64,000 nucleotides of DNA, from NCBI GenBank assembly GCA_963694385.1, contig CAVOCY010000002.1:2208-66207 (forward strand), in the 5' to 3' direction. Position numbers and translations under genes: made by a program. Positions within the stretch are counted from its first letter, which is position 1; every line of letters starts with the position of its first letter. This DNA comes from Candidatus Altimarinota bacterium (GTDB lineage Bacteria; Patescibacteriota; Gracilibacteria; Peribacterales; Peribacteraceae). This document shows, in pieces, positions 55,011 through 63,363 of this stretch. A model generated the notes under the pieces. That model worked only from the letters and a program-made list of their open reading frames with translations. It did no database searches and was not told where the DNA came from.

Positions 55011-56912
55011 ATGGCAAGTGTCGCGAGCATTCAGTTGGCCCCAGTTCTCGACCGACTCGGAGAGTCCGGAGCATCGTATGATACAAAGAAATTAGGTGAG
55101 GCATTTGCTGTTGCTCAGTCGTCATTTAGTGATGCACCACACTGGACTGGTGAAAGTATTATCAATCATACATTAGGTATTCTGGAGGAGCTTGCTCCTT
55201 TCGAACCTGACGAAGATACCGTTCTTGCATGCTTGCTTCATCACGTACTTGAACAAAAGGTGATGACACTTGTAGAGCTAGAGCAGCAATTTGGTCCAAA
55301 GGTACGCTCTCTTGTTTCGGGTATTCATCTTCTTTCCCATATCACACTAGAGGGGCGACGCAGATCTATAGAAGATTTACGTATTATGCTTCTCTCTGTT
55401 TCTGATGACATTCGTGTACTACTTGTATGCTTATGTGATCGTGCGCACTGCCTAAAGTGTGTTGGTACTATGGATGCTGCTCAAGCAAAGCGCCTCTCAC
55501 AAGATGTGCTTCAACTCTTTGCACCTGTTGCAGCAAGGCTTGGTATCTACTCACTAAAGCAAAGCTTAGAGACTGCAGCGTTTCCTGTAGTGTATGAACA
55601 TGATAGTGAGCGCATAGTGGAGCAGTTGAATCGTGTCTATCAAGAGCATCCAAACTTCTTGCAGGAGTCGTGTAAGACGCTGCAGGATTTTTTGGAAGAT
55701 CAAGGTATTGATGCTGCTGTTGACTCTCGGGAGAAGCAGGCATTTAGCATCTTTCAAAAGATGCGCCGTAAGTCTCTTACAAATATTGAGGACATATACG
55801 ATCTCTTTGCGTTGCGTGTTATCGTAAATAGTGAAGAGGATTGCTATAGAGTATTGGGTCTATTACACCAACTTGGCCGCCCACTTGCCAATCGCTTTAA
55901 AGACTATATTGCGTTTCCAAAACCAAATGGTTACCAAAGTTTGCACACGACATTGGCGGGATTTGCTGACCTTCCTCAAAATTGCATGATGGAGGTACAG
56001 GTGCGTACCAGCAAAATGCACAGAGAGGCACAGTTTGGTGTGGCTGCGCATTGGAGTTACAAAGAGGTAGGTGCAACTGCTCGTGCACTCGAAAAAGTAC
56101 AGCTGCATTCTATGTTGGCAGGCCAAGAGCCTGTCGATGATGAGCAAGAAGGTCAAACTTTTGCGGATCACATCTTTGTCCTGACTCCTCGTGGAGATAT
56201 TGTGGAACTTCCAGAAGGTGCAACACCGTTAGACTTTGCCTTTAAGGTGCACACAGATCTTGGTCTATTGTTTCGCAGTGCAAACGTAAATGGTTCTATT
56301 GTTTCTCTAGATTATCAACTAAAGAATGGAGATGTTATCGAAATCCAAAAGCACAGTAGTCCACAACCTTCTACACAATGGATGCAGATGCTGCGCATGG
56401 CGAGTAGCCGTAGTAAGTTGCGACGCTATTTGTATGCACAAGAAAGGCCACATCTTATCTCCGAAGGAAGAGATCTTGTAAATGCCCAGCTAAAGAAGAG
56501 GGGTTTGCCACCGCTTACAACAGATCTTTCGGTCTTGCGAGTGTGTGACGGTGAAACGTTGGGGTTCACACAAAGAGAAGATCTGCTGATGAAGATTGGA
56601 CAAGGAGCTGAGCGTGTTTCGTCACTACCTGGTCGATTGGGACTGATCTCTAAAAAGGAGATTATGATAGATACGCAGCAAAAGAAAGCAGAACCTTCTA
56701 AGATTATCCATTCAAAGAGTACTGCTATTGGTATTGATGGAGGCATATCTATGCCTATTCAGTATGCTAAATGTTGTGGCCCACAAGAGTGGCCTCATGC
56801 TTCATTGGTTGGAAATATTAATCGTGAAGGAAAAGTCATGATCCACAGGGATCATTGTCGAATGTTTCAAAATACGAACCCAGAGCGAAGAATAAAAGTG
56901 TGGTGGAAATAA
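55011..56912 (+). CDS. rel: bifunctional (p)ppGpp synthetase/hydrolase, RelA/SpoT (Rel) family
   Basis: HD domain (LLHHVLE), synthetase domain (DLFALRVIV, GYQSLHTTL) and TGS domain (IFVLTPRGDIVELPEGATPLDFAFKVHTDLG). Confidence 0.93.
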   Translation: MASVASIQLAPVLDRLGESGASYDTKKLGEAFAVAQSSFSDAPHWTGESIINHTLGILEELAPFEPDEDTVLACLLHHVLEQKVMTLVELEQQFGPKVRSLVSGIHLLSHITLEGRRRSIEDLRIMLLSVSDDIRVLLVCLCDRAHCLKCVGTMDAAQAKRLSQDVLQLFAPVAARLGIYSLKQSLETAAFPVVYEHDSERIVEQLNRVYQEHPNFLQESCKTLQDFLEDQGIDAAVDSREKQAFSIFQKMRRKSLTNIEDIYDLFALRVIVNSEEDCYRVLGLLHQLGRPLANRFKDYIAFPKPNGYQSLHTTLAGFADLPQNCMMEVQVRTSKMHREAQFGVAAHWSYKEVGATARALEKVQLHSMLAGQEPVDDEQEGQTFADHIFVLTPRGDIVELPEGATPLDFAFKVHTDLGLLFRSANVNGSIVSLDYQLKNGDVIEIQKHSSPQPSTQWMQMLRMASSRSKLRRYLYAQERPHLISEGRDLVNAQLKKRGLPPLTTDLSVLRVCDGETLGFTQREDLLMKIGQGAERVSSLPGRLGLISKKEIMIDTQQKKAEPSKIIHSKSTAIGIDGGISMPIQYAKCCGPQEWPHASLVGNINREGKVMIHRDHCRMFQNTNPERRIKVWWK

Positions 56913-56916
56913 AAGC

Positions 56917-57020
56917 GTGAGAGGAAACCGTAGGCTTCCTTTCACGGACTCTCCTTCCCTTCAAAGGAATCACTCAAAGCGGGGGACCTGCTCTTCGCGA
57001 TGGGGTTTGTTATATAGGTT
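56917..57020 (-). ncRNA. copy A of a ~105-nt structured repeat element (3' of tig); its terminal hairpin plus U-tract acts as a terminator
   Basis: The 75-column core is about three quarters identical (58 of 75 columns by my hand alignment) to 61237-61310. The hairpin at 56917-56945 is followed on the minus strand by GCTTTTATTT. Confidence 0.5.
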
Positions 57021-57045
57021 ACGTGACTGGTCGTATTCAGTTTCC

Positions 57046-58323
57046 TTACTCCAACATTCCTGCGAGCGCCTTTTCTACTTTCTTCTGCCACTTAAGTTGC
57101 TCATAAGCTTGAGCACCCTTTTTATAAGCGTCCTCTACTTCTTTGCGTTGGTCCGGAGTTGCTTGGCCTAGGAATCCTTCTACGATTTGATCCATTTCTT
57201 CATCTGTTACATCAATAGATTTTTCTTCGACAAGCTTTTGCATTCCAAGCCGTAGCGTAAGGCGTTGCTCTGCTTGTTTCTTCATGTCTGCAAGGACCTC
57301 TTCTGGCTTCTTACCAGACTGGGTCATCCATTGCTCCATGTTCATTCCTTGTTGTCCAAGTTGCTGTTCGAATTCACCAACCATCTGACGGGTTTCTTCG
57401 TCAATTAGCTCGGCAGCTAGTTCTACTTTTGTGCATTTTGTTAGCTCATCCATAAGTACACGTTCTCTTCGTTGGCTTTCTACAGATAGTTCTTGCTGTT
57501 GCATTGATTCTTTAATCTGCTTTTTAAAGTCTTCAACAGACTCTGCTTGCAGTTCTTTTTTAGCAAATTCATCAGTAAGTTCTGGCTTTGAGATTTCTTC
57601 TATTTTAATAACAGTAACGTGGAATGTTACAGGTTTGTTCTGTAACTGTTCTGCGTGGTACTTCTCTGGGAAGGTAAGTGTGAACGCTTTTTCTTCTCCC
57701 TTCTTTACATCTTTAAGGTTATCTTCAAATCCAGGAATGAGTACTTTAGAACCAATTTCTACCTGATGTCCTTCTGTGCGAATGCCTTCAATTTCTTTAT
57801 GTTCTTCATCTGTTCCGTGAAAGTTCATTGTAATAAGATCTCCTTCTTTTGCTGCGCGATCTACTTCAGTCATTTTTTTGTTCTTATCGAGCACAAAGTC
57901 GATCATCTTTTGGAGTTCTTTTTCATCTACTTCTGGTTCCTTCTTTTCAATCTTGATCTTATCAACACCCTTAAGCGTTACCTCTGGCTTCTCTATGAAG
58001 ACAATCTTCAATGTAAGAGGCTCTCGGCTTACTGCTTCTACCTGTGGGTGAATAATAGGCTTGATATCTTGTTCTTTAATAAGCTTCTCAAATGCAGGTG
58101 GTAAAATGTGGTGTACCGTTGCTTCGAATAGCTTTTGAGGATCAATCTTTTCCTTTGCTTGATCCATAGGAACGTTTCCTTTGCGAAATCCAGGTAGCTC
58201 AATTTCACGACTAAGCTCGTGGAGAGCTTTTTGCTCTGCAGGAGCAATTTCTGCTTCTGTAAAGGTGACAGTACATTCTACGCGTCCTCCTTTAAGCCGT
58301 TTGACGTCTGGACCATCTGACAT
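57046..58323 (-). CDS. tig: trigger factor
   Basis: LPGFRKGNVP ribosome-binding motif, a central FKBP-like domain, and a C-terminal chaperone arm. Confidence 0.93.
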   Translation of the reverse strand: MSDGPDVKRLKGGRVECTVTFTEAEIAPAEQKALHELSREIELPGFRKGNVPMDQAKEKIDPQKLFEATVHHILPPAFEKLIKEQDIKPIIHPQVEAVSREPLTLKIVFIEKPEVTLKGVDKIKIEKKEPEVDEKELQKMIDFVLDKNKKMTEVDRAAKEGDLITMNFHGTDEEHKEIEGIRTEGHQVEIGSKVLIPGFEDNLKDVKKGEEKAFTLTFPEKYHAEQLQNKPVTFHVTVIKIEEISKPELTDEFAKKELQAESVEDFKKQIKESMQQQELSVESQRRERVLMDELTKCTKVELAAELIDEETRQMVGEFEQQLGQQGMNMEQWMTQSGKKPEEVLADMKKQAEQRLTLRLGMQKLVEEKSIDVTDEEMDQIVEGFLGQATPDQRKEVEDAYKKGAQAYEQLKWQKKVEKALAGMLE

Positions 58324-58365
58324 TGGCAAGAGCTTACAGGAAGTGTTGTGTGTGGTAAGCGATTT

Positions 58366-59259
58366 TTATGCCTTTTTCTTCCAGTATACGAGGAGCGGAG
58401 TTGCGAGGAAGAGAGAGCTGTATGTTCCGATTATGGCTCCGGTAATGAGTGTCAGGACAAACCAGCGAATACTCTCAGACCCTAGAACAAAGAGGCAGCT
58501 TAACATGATCAATGTAGAGACTGATGTGTTGATAGAACGTGTAATACTCTGGCTAAGGCTTTTATCTGCAATTTCAGAGAATTCTTCTTTGCGACCTTGC
58601 TCGGAGAGGTTATCGCGAATACGGTCGAAAATAACGATAGTGTCGTTAACGGAATATCCAAGAATAGTGAGGAGCGCTGTAATAAAGAGGGTATCGAACT
58701 CAAATGTAGTAACTTGGCTAATAATAATAAAGATACCGACGGTAATCAGCACATCGTGAATTAGTGTGACAACCGCAATGATTCCAAATCTCCAAGGGGA
58801 GAGCTTGCGTGGGATTTTTCTAAAGGCAAAAGCAATGTAGAGCACGATGGCAATGGCAGCGATGCCAAGAGCCCAGAAACTTCTCTTTTTGAGGGATTCT
58901 CCAACTGTTGGCCCAATTGTTGTGAATTGTAGCTCTTTTATTTGTCCGAGTTCGCTGCGAAGATGTAGCTGTAGCGCAATGTGCTCATCGTTACTGATAT
59001 CGCGCATTCGCATGAATACGGTGTTACTCTTTGTCTTTGAGAGCGCTACGTTTCCAAGTGGATTTTCGCTTTCAAAGGTAGCTAGAGCGTCTTCGACGTT
59101 ACTTTTATCAATATCATCTGGAAGGCGAATTTCTATCATGGTTCCACCAGTAAAGTCGATACTCATCTTAGGCCCTGGCACAAATAGAAGCACTACACTG
59201 GTAAGCACGAGTGCGCTGGAAAGCCCTAGGAAGAATTTGGCTGGTTTGAGTAATGACAT
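58366..59259 (-). CDS. secF: protein translocase subunit SecF
   Basis: IDFTGGT, LIHDVLITVG and GYSVNDTIVIFDRIRDN. Confidence 0.92.
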   Translation of the reverse strand: MSLLKPAKFFLGLSSALVLTSVVLLFVPGPKMSIDFTGGTMIEIRLPDDIDKSNVEDALATFESENPLGNVALSKTKSNTVFMRMRDISNDEHIALQLHLRSELGQIKELQFTTIGPTVGESLKKRSFWALGIAAIAIVLYIAFAFRKIPRKLSPWRFGIIAVVTLIHDVLITVGIFIIISQVTTFEFDTLFITALLTILGYSVNDTIVIFDRIRDNLSEQGRKEEFSEIADKSLSQSITRSINTSVSTLIMLSCLFVLGSESIRWFVLTLITGAIIGTYSSLFLATPLLVYWKKKA

Positions 59260-59282
59260 ATCGGTAGGGGAGAGTAATGGTT

Positions 59283-60626
59283 TTATCGGAGGAGATCCAG
59301 TAGTTGTAATGGAATTCTAGATGATCCTATAGTTGTAGAGCGTATTTTTCCATCAAGGTTGGATACAAAATACACTGAGCCAGTGCCGAATTTGGAGGAA
59401 ACCTCTTTTTGCTGCAATCCCAGAGAAGGATAAAACGGTTCTAGCTGGGAAAGATCAAGTAGCGTCCTCGTGGTTACGCGTTCTTGATGTACGTTACGTT
59501 GATGTTGTATGGCATGGGCAACATCTGCACGTGTTGTTCCAATGATAAATGCATTTGATTGTGTAGCAGTGACCATTTCTTTGTGGCTTCCTGCAAGACT
59601 AGTGCTACGTACTAGCCAGCCCTCTTCTGCGCGTTGGTTGCGTTCGATCATTGTAGGGTCATGGCGAATATCAATAGAGCTAAAACGCTTATCCAATACA
59701 CGTTTTGTTATTTTTGATGATGGAAGCGTGCGTTCGTATTCTGCGTGTAGCCTGTCGAGTATGCTGTGTAGAGATTTTGTTTCTTGCATGGATCCACTAA
59801 GCAGTATATTCAAAACTCCTCCTGATGCACTGAGTTGTACGCTTGAAGGTTCTTTTAGAAGTGGAAGTATGTCATATTGCAGACTGATATTTTTACCGTA
59901 GGTATGTACTGCTTCTTGTAGTAATCCTTCGAGGACAATTGCATCATCTTTCTGAAGACTTTGTTGTAAAGAACGGAATGATGCTTGTCCATTACCAAAT
60001 GCGAAGACAGCAAAACTGTCTGGCATTTCTGGAATCGTGGTCGGTGCTTTCTTTGCAATGAGTGCATCACTGATGTGGCGTACTGAAATATCATTATCGA
60101 TATACCAAAGTGCAACGCCAGAGCTTTTTGCAACAAGAAGTGCTTTGAGTACATCAGCAAATAAAGACGCACCTTGTGGAAATAGAGAGGCACTGAGAAA
60201 TGCCCATTCTGTCTCTGTGCTCGCATGTGTTTTTAGTGTGGAAAATGTAACGTCTGAGCTTAATGGCTGCTCGTGTATTCCTATTAGGTCACGTGCTTCT
60301 ACATTATCTACCTCAAGGATATAGGGGCCAATAGAGCCATCACTTTGTTTGGCATCTCGGATAAATTGCACTGCAGCAGCACCATCTGGAGTGGTAAGGA
60401 TAACGATTGCCTCTGCTTCGTTACTCTTTATGTCAGAGAACTCTTTTAGAGATCTTTCAGATGGATGGAAGAGGATTGCCTGAACCTCAGAGACTGGGAC
60501 AAAGTCTGCAGGGTCTCTACCAAAGACTCCCACGCTTCGAATAACACCAAACAGGGCTGCAATTATCAAAGCACAGCCTGCCATGGCAGTGACAATGAGA
60601 ATAGATGTGCGAAGCAAGTGATTCAT
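59283..60626 (-). CDS. hypothetical single-pass membrane-anchored protein (447 aa) at the position where secD is usually found
   Basis: One N-terminal TM helix (ILIVTAMAGCALIIAALFGVI) and no C-terminal helices. There is no GLDLxGG-type SecD motif. Confidence 0.55.
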   Translation of the reverse strand: MNHLLRTSILIVTAMAGCALIIAALFGVIRSVGVFGRDPADFVPVSEVQAILFHPSERSLKEFSDIKSNEAEAIVILTTPDGAAAVQFIRDAKQSDGSIGPYILEVDNVEARDLIGIHEQPLSSDVTFSTLKTHASTETEWAFLSASLFPQGASLFADVLKALLVAKSSGVALWYIDNDISVRHISDALIAKKAPTTIPEMPDSFAVFAFGNGQASFRSLQQSLQKDDAIVLEGLLQEAVHTYGKNISLQYDILPLLKEPSSVQLSASGGVLNILLSGSMQETKSLHSILDRLHAEYERTLPSSKITKRVLDKRFSSIDIRHDPTMIERNQRAEEGWLVRSTSLAGSHKEMVTATQSNAFIIGTTRADVAHAIQHQRNVHQERVTTRTLLDLSQLEPFYPSLGLQQKEVSSKFGTGSVYFVSNLDGKIRSTTIGSSRIPLQLLDLLR

Positions 60627-60785
60627 AGTATGGCCATATCTTACATTAAGGAGAGAATAGGGAAGTTCTCTGTATAACAAATGTATTCATAACATCGTTC
60701 TACTCTACGTCTATTTGGTTTGATTGCGGAGATAGTCAAGACCACGTAAGATAGTCTGATTTGCTTCGAAAGACGTAAATCAGAT

Positions 60786-60819
60786 ACAAAAACACACAAA
60801 CGACGGAGGACGCTCCGTC
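60786..60819 (-). terminator. intrinsic terminator (minus strand) closing the 0.5-kb non-coding stretch after the TPR gene
   Basis: On the minus strand: GACGGAG-CGTC-CTCCGTC followed by GTTTGTGTGTTTTTGTATC. Confidence 0.65.
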
Positions 60820-61203
60820 ACCCCACACAAATACTGATCCTTAAAAAACACCAAAACAAACAGTAAAAGAAACTGGGAGGGCAATGTGCATGAAATCGTG
60901 CTTACTGCCCTCTCTGCTCTGTGATGTCGTCTTATAGGTGAGAGGTTGCTCTATAAGATGCTTCCCTTAATTCTCTATGGTTCCCTTAGCTCACGCTTTG
61001 TCTTGGAGCCTGTCCCAGAGGACTCGTCGGGTAGCGAGTATAAATGAGATACCGTAACAAGGCAGGAGTTCGGGATTACCTCATCTCACCTTGTCTTTCA
61101 CAAGCTCGCGACTCCCTTCTCTTAGAATAGTTGCAGAAAGCTACCGAAGGACATTCAAATCAAAGAAGGCCAGAGTGTATAAGTTCTGGTCTTCTTTGCC
61201 ATT

Positions 61204-61310
61204 CATGAGGGACAAACCTGCGGTTTTTCCCTCATGGGCTCCCTTTTCCCTTTCAAAGGGATCACTACGCGCGGGGGACCCACGCTTCGTGATACGGTTT
61301 TTATATAGGG
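61204..61310 (-). ncRNA. copy B of the ~105-nt structured repeat element (3' of the TPR gene)
   Basis: It has the same core as 56946-57020. The terminal hairpin at 61204-61236 (CATGAGGGA...TCCCTCATG) differs in sequence from copy A but keeps the pairing. Confidence 0.5.
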
Positions 61311-61323
61311 TGAGGTTATTTTT

Positions 61324-62625
61324 TTATAGTGCTAACAATTTCTCCTTCACTCCGGGAAGGGAGGGGTTCATTTCCAATGCTTTTTCGAGGGCGGCTTTTG
61401 CCTCTTCCTTTTTTTCGAGTTGCAGAGCTACTGTTCCGAGCAGCTCGAATGCTTTTGCGTTTTTAGGCCAAAGCTCTGTTGCAAGTTCGGCCTTTTCCAT
61501 AGCTGCTTCTGCACGGCCTAGTGCTGCTGCTGCCGTGACAAATCCTTGATAGCTTTCGAACGTAGCATTTGGGTCATTTGTTAGTGCTTCGTATTGATCT
61601 AAAGCAAGTCCTGCATTCCCTATCTCTAACGCATATCTTGCAATCAGTCTTCGTACTTCGCCCTGTGGAACGAATCCATTTGTTAGTGCGTACTCAAAGA
61701 AGGTGATGGAATTTTGGTATTCATGAAGATCTGCATACGACCTTGCAAGGAAGTATTGGATCTCTGGTTTTTGCGGGTCTAGTGAATACGCTTGCTCTAG
61801 AGAAGCCAATGCTTGCTCTGGTCGTTCGGTAGTGAGTTCGCAGTATCCTTGGACGACCCATGCATCGCGGTAATCATCTTTTGATGAAGTGACTTGTATT
61901 AGTAATGGCAAAGCCAATTCACACTCTTGTACTTGGGCAAGTGCCCGAGAGACGAGTGTTATAAGATGAATATCAGAACCACTTGGGAAGAGGTCAAATT
62001 CATCGTATGCCGCGTTGAGTGTGCGTGCATAGCTTCGTAGTACAGGATCCCATCCGTTGATCGTTAGGGCTAATTCTTGAATAGCACGTTGGTGGCTTCC
62101 TTGAATAATGGAAAGTAGTGCAAGCCCGTAATGCTTTTGAGGAGAATCCTCTGCACTCTCTAGGACTTTGCTTGCATCAACTAATTCTCCTGCTCGCAAT
62201 TTAATAATGACTTCGAGTAGCAATACATCTTCGGGTCTAGCACCTGCACTTTTAAGCTGCTTTAGTGTGGAGCGTACCCCTTTCATATCTCGTCTTTGAA
62301 GTTGCGCCTTAGCAAGTTTCCGTAGAGATGGTAAACCTCCACCACTTTTTACAGACTTCTCGTATTGCTCTTGTGCTTCTTGCCATTCTCCGCGAAGGGC
62401 GAGGATATCTCCCTGTCGTAGGAATAATAAAGATGCGTCATCACTATCAAAGGGGATTTCGCTTATTGTTGGCATTGGTGCTCCTAGTAATTCTGTATCA
62501 GCAAATTGCTGTCCTCCAAGTTGTAATGTGGATTGTGTGAGCTGCCACCATAGAAAAGACATCAATAGGCCTGCACATATTGAGGCTAGTAAGACTGGAG
62601 CGATAATACGAGTAGGAATTTTCAT
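61324..62625 (-). CDS. TPR-repeat protein with N-terminal TM anchor
   Basis: N-terminal helix IIAPVLLASICAGLLMSFLWW, then multiple 34-residue TPR-like units (for example NAKAFELLGTVALQLEKKEEAKAALEKALEMNPS). Confidence 0.75.
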   Translation of the reverse strand: MKIPTRIIAPVLLASICAGLLMSFLWWQLTQSTLQLGGQQFADTELLGAPMPTISEIPFDSDDASLLFLRQGDILALRGEWQEAQEQYEKSVKSGGGLPSLRKLAKAQLQRRDMKGVRSTLKQLKSAGARPEDVLLLEVIIKLRAGELVDASKVLESAEDSPQKHYGLALLSIIQGSHQRAIQELALTINGWDPVLRSYARTLNAAYDEFDLFPSGSDIHLITLVSRALAQVQECELALPLLIQVTSSKDDYRDAWVVQGYCELTTERPEQALASLEQAYSLDPQKPEIQYFLARSYADLHEYQNSITFFEYALTNGFVPQGEVRRLIARYALEIGNAGLALDQYEALTNDPNATFESYQGFVTAAAALGRAEAAMEKAELATELWPKNAKAFELLGTVALQLEKKEEAKAALEKALEMNPSLPGVKEKLLAL

Positions 62626-62662
62626 AATTGACTAGTGGTAAGCCTATCACTCTTTAGAGAAA

Positions 62663-62743
62663 GTTTGAAAGGTTTGTTATGTTTGAAAGGTTTGTAAAAC
62701 AAATAATCAGTTCAACTTTCCAAACATTTCCAACTTTTCAAAC
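62663..62743. repeat. direct 15-mer GTTTGAAAGGTTTGT x2, followed by inverted degenerate copies (TTTCCAAAC, TTTCCAAC, TTTTCAAACC)
   Basis: Read directly from the sequence. It fills the spacer between two minus-strand genes. Confidence 0.85.
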
Positions 62744-63358
62744 CTATTCTACCGTAGGGCTTAGTTCCCCATCTTCACTCGAAGCAGCGCCAACTGATGC
62801 TTTTGCTGCTGCATCTGCTACATGTTTTGGAATGACAGCTTCTATTGATCCCCAAGTTGCTTCGATGTCTGATGGCACAAGTACGGTAACCTGATCGCCA
62901 ACTTCTGCTCGGTAAAATGTTACTGATGCCAAAAGCACACGATAGACTTTTCCTTCTGCAAGGAGTTTGTACTGACCATCTTCTTGAATCAGAACTCCCA
63001 TGACAGTTTTTCTGTTTATAGGAGCAATCTGTTTGTAGATGAACTTTCCTTCGTCGGTAATAGTAAGCTTCATGCCGTCGCCTTCAACAAGCTTACTTTT
63101 GGATGCGTAGTTTGCAGGGATTGGGTAACCCTGTCCTTCGCCATCAATCATATTTTGACCATCAAATATCCCTTCGACTACTTTTCCTTCTGCGCTAACA
63201 GATGCAGCTCCTGATGTAGCATTAGCCCTCGCTGTGTGACGCTCTTTATCTGTATCAACAATACCTGTGAGCTCTCTCATAAGAGCATGAGCTGTTTTTA
63301 GTGATGCAGAAGCGCTATCGATGAGCTCTTGTATTTGGATAAGTTTGTCGTCTGACAT
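62744..63358 (-). CDS. hypothetical protein (204 aa)
   Basis: ORF only. It has an N-terminal helix, a Gly-rich linker and a beta-rich-looking C-terminal half. No recognised motif. Confidence 0.55.
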   Translation of the reverse strand: MSDDKLIQIQELIDSASASLKTAHALMRELTGIVDTDKERHTARANATSGAASVSAEGKVVEGIFDGQNMIDGEGQGYPIPANYASKSKLVEGDGMKLTITDEGKFIYKQIAPINRKTVMGVLIQEDGQYKLLAEGKVYRVLLASVTFYRAEVGDQVTVLVPSDIEATWGSIEAVIPKHVADAAAKASVGAASSEDGELSPTVE

Positions 63359-63363
63359 GGCAA

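Noticed and set aside
56917-57171. ORFs 56917..57171 (+) and 61091..61549 (+), whose translations resemble each other
   Set aside because: The similarity comes from the shared ~105-nt DNA repeat. Both ORFs run antisense into real genes (tig and the TPR protein), and neither has a credible start context.
60820-61200. RNase P RNA, tmRNA or SRP RNA in the long spacer
   Set aside because: A GAAGGGAGTCGCGAGC segment (minus strand) vaguely resembles the P4 strand GAGGAAAGTCCGGGC, but no complementary 3' P4 strand (ACAGAA..CGCGAC..) exists. There is no tRNA-like end or GGGG start for tmRNA, and no GGAAGCAGC-type SRP motif.
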